64,000 nucleotides of DNA from a virus (lineage: Duplodnaviria > Caudoviricetes): IMG/VR virus record IMGVR_UViG_3300020577_012633, positions 32,001-96,000 of that record, one strand, 5' to 3'. Each line of letters begins with the position of its first letter. Positions within the stretch are counted from its first letter, which is position 1. The notes below the pieces were generated by a model that worked only from the letters and a program-made list of their open reading frames with translations, was not told where the DNA came from and searched no databases. Shown here in pieces: positions 36,557-45,080 of the stretch. Made by a program: the position numbers and the translations under genes.

Positions 36557-37741
36557 TTAGAACAAAAGTTGGAACTGCATACGGAATGACATTTCGCCAT
36601 CGCCAGTAGATCCAAGAAGTCCTGTATTAGAAAAATTCGTCATATTTGCGAGATTCGAAGTATCATCGAATGAATAGACCATATCCGTAGTAATCTTTGC
36701 AGCCTGCCCATAAAGGTAGTAATTCAAACCAACAGTTGCAAATGCGAAATTGTTATTTGAAAAGCCTCTTGCCGAATCAGCAAAAACTTCATCATAGCGA
36801 ACAAATGGTTCAATTCTTTCTGTAACTCTGTATCCGCCTTGAGCAGCTAATCCAAAGTCTTCATATGTTGCAGCAGGATCTTCAACACTTCGTCCAACGC
36901 CAGAAACAAACGCATTCCATCCATGATTCTTCCAAGTCAAATCACCTGTGTAAGAATATGAAGTGCTTTGAGTTGAGCCTTCTTGATAATGGAATGCAGC
37001 TCCAGCTAGCAAAGCATTCTCGTCATTAGTTTCAGAAGTAAACTGGCTAAAATCTCCGTTATTTCCCAAAATGGAATATTCGCCTCTTACAGTAAGAGCA
37101 GTATTAGATTCAGAAGGATCTGTATATTCTGTGTTGACTGTATTAAAGCCATCAGAAACAGCTCCAACCAAACGGAAACTATCAGTATTGTAAGATAGCT
37201 GAACTCCCTGAGAACGTCCTTGACCAAAAACGTAAGAAACGATAGAACGATCTATTGCAAGCTGATAGCGATCAGAAACATTAACTTCCTTCATAAAAGG
37301 AAGCTTAAACTGTCCAACCTGGAATCTGCCACCATCAAAAGCCCTAATACCTGCATAAGCATCAAACAAAGTAAAATTTCCGCCTTGGCGATTAAATCCG
37401 CCTTCTAGCATGAAATCAATTTGTTCATTTATATTTCCGCTAAAACGGATTCGAGCAAGAGGATCACTAAATCCTACATTGTTATCACTATTGCCTTCGC
37501 GGTTTGTATTCCAAGTATAACGGAACTGCACATCACCGCCGATATTCAATCTCGCTCCATTGCCATTAGTAATGAAAAAGCCGTTGGCATCATGACCTGA
37601 ACTATTCAAATTAGAACGAGACTGAGCATCTGCTACCAAAGCAGCATTCTGCAATCTTGCAACATCTGAAGTCTGTCCGATTGCAACAGAACCAAGAAAA
37701 ACAGAAATCCCAAAGAAACCTAAACTAGAAATCTTTCTCAT
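36557..37741 (-). CDS. outer-membrane beta-barrel porin (OprO/OprP-like)
   Basis: Signal peptide, RLNIGGDVQFRY, DAY, VGQFKLPF, GRSQGV, alternating beta strands, C-terminal FRMQFQLLF. Confidence 0.85.
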   Translation of the reverse strand: MRKISSLGFFGISVFLGSVAIGQTSDVARLQNAALVADAQSRSNLNSSGHDANGFFITNGNGARLNIGGDVQFRYTWNTNREGNSDNNVGFSDPLARIRFSGNINEQIDFMLEGGFNRQGGNFTLFDAYAGIRAFDGGRFQVGQFKLPFMKEVNVSDRYQLAIDRSIVSYVFGQGRSQGVQLSYNTDSFRLVGAVSDGFNTVNTEYTDPSESNTALTVRGEYSILGNNGDFSQFTSETNDENALLAGAAFHYQEGSTQSTSYSYTGDLTWKNHGWNAFVSGVGRSVEDPAATYEDFGLAAQGGYRVTERIEPFVRYDEVFADSARGFSNNNFAFATVGLNYYLYGQAAKITTDMVYSFDDTSNLANMTNFSNTGLLGSTGDGEMSFRMQFQLLF

Positions 37742-37982
37742 TTCAAAATCCTTTAATTGGGTAATTACAAAAATTATACTAAACCTACCCTGGTCTAATA
37801 TAAATAAACTAAGCCATACGAAAAGGTATCGGCTGATAGCGAACGCTAACTCCTTAGCATTCACACAATCTCTTTCGGCTTTTGATGATATTTTTCTTTA
37901 GGAATAGAAACAGTCACATTTGGGTATGTTGTACATAAATCTTTACAAAATGAAATTTTAGGCTAAATTTTGCCAAAAATCA

Positions 37983-38192
37983 TTATTTTATTTTTTCATT
38001 TGGATTGTATTCGGTTCTTCCAGACTTAAGAGAATCCTTGATATAAGGAAAGCACAGTCTGCATTTTGTGCCGCATTTTAAGTTTTCTTGAACTTCCTGT
38101 GCGGACCAATTTTTTTCTTTTGCAATAGAAAGAATTTCGCTAAAAGTTTTGTTGAAGCATATACATTTGTTTATCATTAAAAAGCCATTCAA
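37983..38192 (-). CDS. Bfd-like [2Fe-2S] protein
   Basis: CIC..x..CGTKCRLC. Confidence 0.75.
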   Translation of the reverse strand: MNGFLMINKCICFNKTFSEILSIAKEKNWSAQEVQENLKCGTKCRLCFPYIKDSLKSGRTEYNPNEKIK

Positions 38193-38218
38193 GATTTCTC
38201 TTGAGTGGCCCTTGTGTT

Positions 38219-38671
38219 TTAGGACTCGAATTCTTCAAGATGAGCAAGCATATTGTCGATCTGATCAGGAGTCAGCCCAATAGATTTCACATCATCAGGA
38301 GTTGCATACGGATATCTTGCGATTGCGTAAGCAGCTTCAATGCCCATGCTATTAAGGGCATGGCATCCTTCAGGAACAAAATTCAATTTTCCAAAAACAG
38401 GATATCGCTGAGGCTCAGGCTTAGGACCAACAATTTCAAAGCCGGTTTTCTGACCATTCTCATTACGATACCACTTACGAAGAATGCGATTCTGGGGTTC
38501 TTTGCGATTCCATCGCTCCCATTCTGCATTACGACGAAGAGCCTTCCAGTAGAAGCTATAGAGTTTCTTGAGCTTCTTGAAAGTATCGAAATCGCAAGCA
38601 TGATAACCCCAACGACCTTGATAAGTATTCTGGTTGAACTTATTCTTCTGTGCATTCTGAATCGTAGTCAT
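38219..38671 (-). CDS. hypothetical protein
   Basis: GRWGYHACD, WERWNRKEPQNR; good RBS. Confidence 0.75.
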   Translation of the reverse strand: MTTIQNAQKNKFNQNTYQGRWGYHACDFDTFKKLKKLYSFYWKALRRNAEWERWNRKEPQNRILRKWYRNENGQKTGFEIVGPKPEPQRYPVFGKLNFVPEGCHALNSMGIEAAYAIARYPYATPDDVKSIGLTPDQIDNMLAHLEEFES

Positions 38672-38691
38672 AAATTTTCCTTTTTCTAAAA

Positions 38692-39255
38692 TTACTGGTT
38701 TCCGTACTTTTCTTTGAGACGAGCATATTCTTGTTTATCATGCTCTTCATTTAACAGTTTCATTCTTTCTTTTTCTTGCTGTTCTTCTTGTTTCTTTTTT
38801 TGCTCCTTTTCTAGTTTTTGTTTTTCCTCGTTTGCAAGCCTAATTGCTGTCGCATTTTTCTTTTTCTGGTTAACTATATTTAAGAGTTCTTCCCGATGTT
38901 CCCAGTCAGTCGGAGTATCTAGAGTTCCGTTTTCTCCGCTAATACAAAAATTTTCATCAGTGAAGCTATATTTTGAAATAATCAGGTGTGAATATTCGTA
39001 TTCAGGATCATGTTCTTTGGTCCGAGACTTAGCGATGCTTTCTTCAAACTCGCTATAGTATTTGCATCTGTGAACTTCATCATAGAATTCTCTATCAAGT
39101 TTAACAATATGATTGGCGATATCTTCAAGAGAATTGAAAATTTCAGTTACCATATTGGCATCCTTGGAGTGCCGCCAATCGCACTCGCCTCTGAAATAAC
39201 TTGCAAGTTCGCAGTTATTGATATGACTGATAACGATGACAGGAAAACTGTTCAT
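38692..39255 (-). CDS. hypothetical protein with C-terminal coiled coil
   Basis: 187 aa. Confidence 0.7.
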   Translation of the reverse strand: MNSFPVIVISHINNCELASYFRGECDWRHSKDANMVTEIFNSLEDIANHIVKLDREFYDEVHRCKYYSEFEESIAKSRTKEHDPEYEYSHLIISKYSFTDENFCISGENGTLDTPTDWEHREELLNIVNQKKKNATAIRLANEEKQKLEKEQKKKQEEQQEKERMKLLNEEHDKQEYARLKEKYGNQ

Positions 39256-40421
39256 GATCTATTCTCCATATTTGATAAGTTCAAAAGTTGATATTTACGA
39301 AAAAGATTTCTCTTTTTAGAATCAGCAGGAATCGGTTCTGTGGCAATGGCAGTCACTTCGTAATCCTCACAATTATTGTTTATTGATGAAACAGTCGATA
39401 CTACATTGTATGGAGGTTTATTATGACAAACATTACCGTTGGATCTTCCTTTGGGAAATGGAAAGTCATCTCTGTTGGGCATAGACCCGAAGGAAGCCTT
39501 TCTAGGGCCAAATATTTTCTTTGTGAATGCCAATGTCCTGCTAAAACTAGAAGAATGGTTATAGGGCGTAGTCTTCGCGAGGGAACTAGCAAAAGTTGTG
39601 GATGCATTGGTCCATCTCAAAATACTGGGAAAAATGAAATTAACAAAACGTATGGAAAATGGACGGTTCTTGATGAAGCTAAAAAACCTGTTCATATAAC
39701 TGGAAGAGGTAAGTATTTTTTGTGCGAATGTTCTTGTATTCATAAGACTAGAAGAATCATTTCTGGTCACGCACTCCGTAGCGGAGGATCTAATAATTGT
39801 GGCTGTAAATGGAGATATTCGATTAGAAATGTAGACGCTCCATTTAATATGTTGCTTGGAAATTATATAAACAGCGCGAATAAAAGAAACAAGTCTTTTA
39901 ACTTGTCTTTGGATGACATTAAGCGTCTTTCGCAAGATATTTGTTTTTATTGCGGACAACAACCAATGGCAACTTTGAAGCCATTTGGCAAGCATAATTT
40001 TGTTTATAATGGTATTGACAGGATAGACAATTCTCTTGGATATACCATTAAAAATTGTGTTTCTTGTTGCAAGAACTGCAATACCGCAAAACTTGACATG
40101 AACGTTGACCAGTTTAAGAATTGGATTACATCGGTCTACCTGAGACTTTGTAAGTGAATTCGAATTTCTTGGTCTATCAGGTTCTTGAAACTTGGCGACC
40201 TGAATGCCATAATATTGGAGACGATCGTGAGCTTTCAAAAGCTCGCTTTCGTTCTTTACGCCAATAAGAACAAGATGAGGATGTTCTTGGTTCTAACCAG
40301 GAGCAAAAGCTCTGATTGCCTCAATCACAGCGTGTGCGCTTTGAACAGCGATCTGCGACTGCGAGAGGTCTTCTCTAACGAGAACGTACATGTAAACAGT
40401 TTGTGATTGTACCTACGTCAT
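39252..40421 (-). CDS. Pth2-like peptidyl-tRNA hydrolase with two in-frame TAG codons and an 807-nt in-frame insertion
   Basis: AGGAG RBS, ATG 40421: MT*VQSQTVYMYVLVREDLSQSQIAVQSAHAVIE...PG*NQEHPHLVLIGVKNESELL...FQEPDR [insert 39366-40172] DYEVTAIATEP...LFRKYQLL. TAG at 40413-40415 and 40293-40295. Confidence 0.85.
39394..39400 (+). promoter_or_regulatory. GTCGATA element upstream of the HNH gene
   Basis: Followed by a GGAGG RBS and ATG 39423. Confidence 0.5.
39423..40157 (+). mobile_element. HNH homing-endonuclease-like gene inserted antisense inside the Pth2-like gene
   Basis: Two CECxC..SCGC repeats, CFYCG, GIDRIDNSLGY..NCVSCCKNCN. Confidence 0.9.
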
Positions 40422-40438
40422 ATTTTGTCTCCTAAGTA

Positions 40439-40466
40439 AGTCTATCGTCATTTTTCCCAAAGTCAA
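40439..40466 (-). promoter_or_regulatory. putative sigma70-like promoter of the Pth2-like gene
   Basis: TTGACT-N16-TAGACT, containing GACGATA. Confidence 0.5.
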
Positions 40467-40523
40467 GCCTTGTTGGAATTTTTTGTGAAAATTATTAGTG
40501 TTAGTAATCTATTTTTACAAGAT

Positions 40524-41441
40524 TTACGAAAGAATCCAGTTGCAAATTCTTTCCAGCAAACTTTTCTTTTTTACTTCCGGTTTTGGTGACACTGAAGGAT
40601 TCATTGAGAATTTGCCTTCATTTAGTCCATCTCTTATCATTTTAAGACCAATTAGGTGGGATTGAACTCTCAAAGATATTGTTTTGCCAATATCTGCATA
40701 TTCGTAATATTCTGAACCAAAAAAATCATCGCCATAATCTGACAAAAATTGCACCCAATTAAATTCGGTTTCACAAGCTCCGATTGCCTCGTGACGCAAA
40801 TCTTCAAAAACGTTTTTATTTTTAATGACTTCGTAACGATAATCAGTCTTATTCAAAGACTCCCACTTCCCGCTCGTATAAAGATCTCTGAGATAATCTT
40901 TAGAAACGGAAATTATTTTATTTTTCTCGTCAGCAGAAAGATCTTTCCAAGCTTTATAACCATCTTCAGTATAAAGAACAGCCATTTCAGGATATTTATT
41001 TTTCAATACATCTTCAATATGTCCATCAAGATAAAGATCGCTAAACAAAGAATCGCCTTGATCTTCTCCAAAAGTATGAGTTTCAATGTATTGTTTTACA
41101 AAATCAATAGCAACTTCTTGATTCCAGGTTTTGCCTCTTTCTCCACAAGAACTTGCTCGGCATTTCCCGTCAAAATAGTCCAAATCACAACCGCCTAAAA
41201 AGTTTATACTAATAGGAGAACCCCAACTATATACAGCTTCTCCCAGATCACCAGAAACAAAAAGAGTAGCAGAATTCTGGTCAATATAGTAAATAACAGC
41301 AAAGTTCCAATCGCCGGGCTTTTTCCATTTAATTTTAATTATGTTACCATCTTCAGAATAAGTAAAAGTAGGAACATGGTCTTTAAACCAGTTTTCTCGT
41401 ATATTTTTATCTTCTCTTTTGTAAATCTCATACTTGCTCAC
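40524..41441 (-). CDS. hypothetical phage protein
   Basis: WKKPG, LFVSGDLGEAVY, YFDGK. Confidence 0.75.
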   Translation of the reverse strand: MSKYEIYKREDKNIRENWFKDHVPTFTYSEDGNIIKIKWKKPGDWNFAVIYYIDQNSATLFVSGDLGEAVYSWGSPISINFLGGCDLDYFDGKCRASSCGERGKTWNQEVAIDFVKQYIETHTFGEDQGDSLFSDLYLDGHIEDVLKNKYPEMAVLYTEDGYKAWKDLSADEKNKIISVSKDYLRDLYTSGKWESLNKTDYRYEVIKNKNVFEDLRHEAIGACETEFNWVQFLSDYGDDFFGSEYYEYADIGKTISLRVQSHLIGLKMIRDGLNEGKFSMNPSVSPKPEVKKKSLLERICNWILS

Positions 41442-41656
41442 AGATCAATTCTCCGAGTTTCTGAGTATGGAGTCTGGTCACAAGAAGGACATGCAGGATA
41501 AACGAAACCATCACATGAAACCATGTTCTTGTCAAGTCTCAAAGAAAAATCATAAATCTTTCCACAAGCACAATGAATAGAACCTTCTCCTGCATCATTA
41601 TCTGAAATAGTTCTATGATCAAATTTGGTAATATTGACTTTACTTACGATCTTCAT
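41438..41656 (-). CDS. small zinc-ribbon protein
   Basis: CACG..CPSC. Confidence 0.55.
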   Translation of the reverse strand: MKIVSKVNITKFDHRTISDNDAGEGSIHCACGKIYDFSLRLDKNMVSCDGFVYPACPSCDQTPYSETRRIDL

Positions 41657-41766
41657 TGGATATGACCTTTTTAGGCTTGTGTTTTCTGAAAATAAACTTA
41701 ACAGGCTTTGGAACTTCCTTTTTCGGTTCTTCTTTATTATTTTGAGAATCTTTCACAGATTATTCC

Positions 41767-41976
41767 TTATTTTTTGTGTCCTAATTTATTGAAAATAGAA
41801 AGAGCTTCTTCAACAGAAACTCCATGTCCTGCAATTGCTATTTTGTCCTTTGGAAATTCAAAACCAACACGGATTTTTCCTTGTCCAATACTGACAATTT
41901 TTATTTCTCCAATCTTCTTACCGTCTTTAGTATAAAGAGTTGAAGTTTCCTCAGGTTTCATTGTAAAAACCAACAT
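41767..41976 (-). CDS. CsrA/RsmA-like protein
   Basis: MLVFTMKPEE..IKIVSIGQGKIRVGFEFPKD follows the CsrA beta pattern; the conserved HREE is absent. Confidence 0.65.
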   Translation of the reverse strand: MLVFTMKPEETSTLYTKDGKKIGEIKIVSIGQGKIRVGFEFPKDKIAIAGHGVSVEEALSIFNKLGHKK

Positions 41977-41981
41977 AACTT

Positions 41982-42359
41982 TTACTCCTTCAAAGAAGCA
42001 AGATATGCATAAAGATCTTCAACAGAATCAAACACTGGAATTTTTAGAAAATTTGCAATATTAATTTCTCTTTCAACACCAGAGCTTTCTCCTGGAAGGC
42101 GAAGGACCGCATGACAAAGAGGAAGGAAAGACATGCAATAAGCAAGCCAATCTTCATAGCTACGAGGTATGATGCAATGGTAAAAATGCGTCCACAACAT
42201 ATTGACAGGAACGCATTTTCCTTCATCCATCAACCTGTTAAACATCTTTACTGAAATGTTAATGTTTACAGCAGGATCAGGCTTGGTGTATGGAGAACAA
42301 ATGAAAACACGTTTCTTGTTCTTTGAATTCAGCAGGATTTGTTCAGCAGTAAGTTCCAT
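41982..42359 (-). CDS. DUF4406/N-deoxyribosyltransferase-like protein
   Basis: VFICSPYT, CHAVLRLPGESSGVERE. Confidence 0.75.
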   Translation of the reverse strand: MELTAEQILLNSKNKKRVFICSPYTKPDPAVNINISVKMFNRLMDEGKCVPVNMLWTHFYHCIIPRSYEDWLAYCMSFLPLCHAVLRLPGESSGVEREINIANFLKIPVFDSVEDLYAYLASLKE

Positions 42360-42373
42360 TTTAACCTTTCAAA

Positions 42374-42448
42374 TGCCCTCGGCGGGACTCGAACCCACAA
42401 CTCTCAGAATTTTAGAGATTCCGGTTCTGCCAATTGAACTACGAGAGC
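42374..42448 (-). tRNA. amber suppressor tRNA (anticodon CTA)
   Basis: GCTCTCG/CGAGGGC-A, D arm GTTC-AATTGGCA-GAAC, anticodon arm GGAAT-CTCTAAA-ATTCT, T arm GTGGG-TTCGAGT-CCCGC. Confidence 0.9.
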
Positions 42449-42452
42449 AATA

Positions 42453-42965
42453 TCAGTCACCTTCAAACGAAAGAGAAAAAGGCTTTCTCCACATTCCGTA
42501 ATTGTTCTTAATTTTCATACCATCAATAACTTCCTGGGGAGGAGAATTTGGAATGATAGTACACTGGTCTTCATGAACATTGAAGTCTCTATCTCCTTCG
42601 GCAGTTTTCGGGTCCATGACCTTGTAAATAGCGCCAAACCAGGAGAAAGCAAACTTACCGTCATCACACTTCCACCAGCCAATATCTCCAATTGCATCAC
42701 GATTCTTGCGAATCCTTCGCATAAGAGAAAGCGCCTCTTTAGAAACTTTAACCATTTCCTTAGAGTTTATAACAACGCATCCAAGGTTATCGTTCCCAGT
42801 AGGAAAGAAACCTTTGTTCTTCTTATGAGAAGAAGGACAAAAGACAATCTTGCCATCAATAGCAAAAATATTTACAGTAAATGGATTTGCCTTTTTTGTT
42901 GGTTTTTTGGTTTTTGTTTTACTGGTTAGAATTTTTGAACCAACATTTTTATTTTTTACTGTCAT
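42453..42965 (-). CDS. hypothetical protein
   Basis: DAIGDIGWW, FSWFG; start moved to ATG 42965. Confidence 0.7.
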   Translation of the reverse strand: MTVKNKNVGSKILTSKTKTKKPTKKANPFTVNIFAIDGKIVFCPSSHKKNKGFFPTGNDNLGCVVINSKEMVKVSKEALSLMRRIRKNRDAIGDIGWWKCDDGKFAFSWFGAIYKVMDPKTAEGDRDFNVHEDQCTIIPNSPPQEVIDGMKIKNNYGMWRKPFSLSFEGD

Positions 42966-42969
42966 ATTC

Positions 42970-43383
42970 TTATTTCCCGTACCAAGCCGCGATTGGTTTA
43001 ATAATAGCAAAAGCTGACCAACAATGATAAACATAGCCAAAATCGTGACAATTCATTCTAAAACCTTTACCAATCGTCCCGTCAAAATCTTTAATTTCTT
43101 TTTCCCAATTATTATCTAGATCAAAGTCATTCAAGTTTGCATTTTTCAACCATGCAATTACAAAATCTTTCCAGTCGATATCAAAAGTTTTTACTTCTAT
43201 TTTTCTGGCTTCAGAATTAATCGTAAAATATTGGTCTTTTGGGTCAGTCCAAAAAAGAACAAGACCTTTTCTTGGTACAATAGTATAATGAGAGGCTCCT
43301 TTAGGACAAAGAGCAGACAAATAATCAAGACACGCATTTAGTGTCTTATAATCGCCTCTAATATCGAATAATATGTTATTCAT
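42970..43383 (-). CDS. hypothetical protein
   Basis: DFDGTIGKGF..AWYGK. Confidence 0.7.
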   Translation of the reverse strand: MNNILFDIRGDYKTLNACLDYLSALCPKGASHYTIVPRKGLVLFWTDPKDQYFTINSEARKIEVKTFDIDWKDFVIAWLKNANLNDFDLDNNWEKEIKDFDGTIGKGFRMNCHDFGYVYHCWSAFAIIKPIAAWYGK

Positions 43384-43384
43384 T

Positions 43385-43735
43385 TTATTCTGGATCTTTT
43401 TCAATAGCGACAGAATGACCTGCTAATCCAAAGAAAACAACATCCGCAATTGAAAGCATGAACTCTCTATGTGGAGTCCTCTTAAACTCATGCAGGAATA
43501 CTTCGCAATTTTCAGCCTGAACGGCAGCTTGTTCCAGCCTAGCTTTGATCTTTTCAATTTGACCGCTATTTATGGCGATAGAACGATCAGCAAGAAGCTG
43601 TGTCATCTTGCTTCTAAAATATTCTTCTTGCTCTTTGTAAAAGGAAACTTTTTTAGTAGCAGCCTCTATCAGCAAAGAACCTGGATATGTAAATTTCCAT
43701 GTTTCCCGATTTCTGTCTTTGAATTCACTGTACAT
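43385..43735 (-). CDS. hypothetical protein
   Basis: 116 aa, AAGGA RBS. Confidence 0.7.
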   Translation of the reverse strand: MYSEFKDRNRETWKFTYPGSLLIEAATKKVSFYKEQEEYFRSKMTQLLADRSIAINSGQIEKIKARLEQAAVQAENCEVFLHEFKRTPHREFMLSIADVVFFGLAGHSVAIEKDPE

Positions 43736-43781
43736 TTTAAATTCCTTTTTGAAGTTTTTCTTACTCTAAATTCGCCTTGAA

Positions 43782-43791
43782 AAGTCTAGGG
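43782..43791 (-). promoter_or_regulatory. CCCTAGACTT motif (copy 6)
   Basis: Upstream of the gene run that includes the suppressor tRNA. Confidence 0.6.
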
Positions 43792-43832
43792 CCAATTTTG
43801 TTGATGGAGGCAATCTCAATAACCAGTCTGTA

Positions 43833-45065
43833 CTAAATGGTAATTTTATCTTTTGCTACCAGCATTGATTTTACGCAATCTCTTCGAGATCCTGAACTAA
43901 CATAAACTCTCAACACATTGCAAGATTTTGCAACAGTATGTATAAGATCATTATACCCTGAAACTTTTACAATTTCATTGTTATTCTTTATTTCTACATC
44001 AGGAGGAATTTGATCAATATGAGTTATTGCAACCTGATGTGAAACTGAAATTTTACTTGTATATGTTTGCTGCAAATCATTTTCTATGGTTTTTGACAAA
44101 AGATCCACATCCAGACATCCAAAACGCAATTTTCCCTGAAATTCATTTGGAACATTAGTGCTATCTTTATAGGAAAGATTAGGATCTTCTGTTGGAAATG
44201 GACCAAGACCATGACGAGTCATGTAAGCTCTAGTTACATATACCGTATCAAGATTTTTGATTTCAAATTCTTTGCAAAGACTAAGTACATTTTTTAGACC
44301 TGTTTTACTTCTTGTTACATGCGGGAAAAATTCATGATCTTCATCTAACAGAAGACCTTGAGCGCCTTCAAAAACAACAGATTCTGCTTGAGAGTCTTCA
44401 AGAACCTCTTTATCGTCAACTATTGTGCTATTTTCAATAAAAAGCTCAATATCACTAATGAAATTCTCTAAAAGATTATCTGAATCAAATATTTCAAAAA
44501 ACTTTTTATCTGGTTTTAGGTTAAGCTGTTCAATACGATTTCGGAAATACCCGTCTCTTAGATGTTCGTATTGTCTTTTTCTTTCTATACGATCTAAATA
44601 TGTTGCAATAGTTGTATGATATGTATCGTTTATATTTTCTATTCCACCAAGAAATCTGGTGACGGTTTCATTAATACCCATTCCACAAGAACCATGTTTA
44701 TTATTTCTTTCTCTCTCAACCTGTTGATTTATCAACATATCATATGGAAGAGTCATGCAAGCAAGATCAGAAACAAACAATTTAGGTTTTTTTATGCCTA
44801 TTCCATTGAGTATTTTGAATTCTTTTTTCCAGAGTATTGGATTGATGATAAAGTAATGACTTAGAAAAGTAGCAGCCCCAGCTAAGGAGCCGCTACCAAA
44901 GTGACTGAAAACATGGCGCAAACCTTCAGGAGTAACAACAGTATGTCCTGCTTGAGCGCCACCGTTATATCTGACAACCAGCGTATCATTGGAGCTAAAA
45001 TAATCGGTCATAAGGCCTTTGCCTTCATCACCAAAGTTCGCTCCAATGATCGCTGTAGCCTTCAT
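43833..45065 (-). CDS. purA: adenylosuccinate synthetase-like protein
   Basis: GANFGDEGKG, RYNGGAQAGHT, HGSCGMG, FEGAQG, TRHG, TNVPNEFQG. Confidence 0.88.
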   Translation of the reverse strand: MKATAIIGANFGDEGKGLMTDYFSSNDTLVVRYNGGAQAGHTVVTPEGLRHVFSHFGSGSLAGAATFLSHYFIINPILWKKEFKILNGIGIKKPKLFVSDLACMTLPYDMLINQQVERERNNKHGSCGMGINETVTRFLGGIENINDTYHTTIATYLDRIERKRQYEHLRDGYFRNRIEQLNLKPDKKFFEIFDSDNLLENFISDIELFIENSTIVDDKEVLEDSQAESVVFEGAQGLLLDEDHEFFPHVTRSKTGLKNVLSLCKEFEIKNLDTVYVTRAYMTRHGLGPFPTEDPNLSYKDSTNVPNEFQGKLRFGCLDVDLLSKTIENDLQQTYTSKISVSHQVAITHIDQIPPDVEIKNNNEIVKVSGYNDLIHTVAKSCNVLRVYVSSGSRRDCVKSMLVAKDKITI

Positions 45066-45080
45066 AACGATTCCTTACGA

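Noticed and set aside
39366-40172. Intein or self-splicing intron in Pth2
   Set aside because: No intein terminal residues or blocks; the flanks around the antisense HNH gene are too short for a ribozyme core
42374-42448. tRNA-Pyl
   Set aside because: Has a standard D loop with GG, a TTC T loop, a 5-bp anticodon stem and A73; no pyl genes in the window
43833-45065. PurZ (2-aminoadenine DNA pathway)
   Set aside because: Keeps the PurA-type Asp in GDEGKG rather than the PurZ Ser, and no DatZ/MazZ-type neighbours are evident
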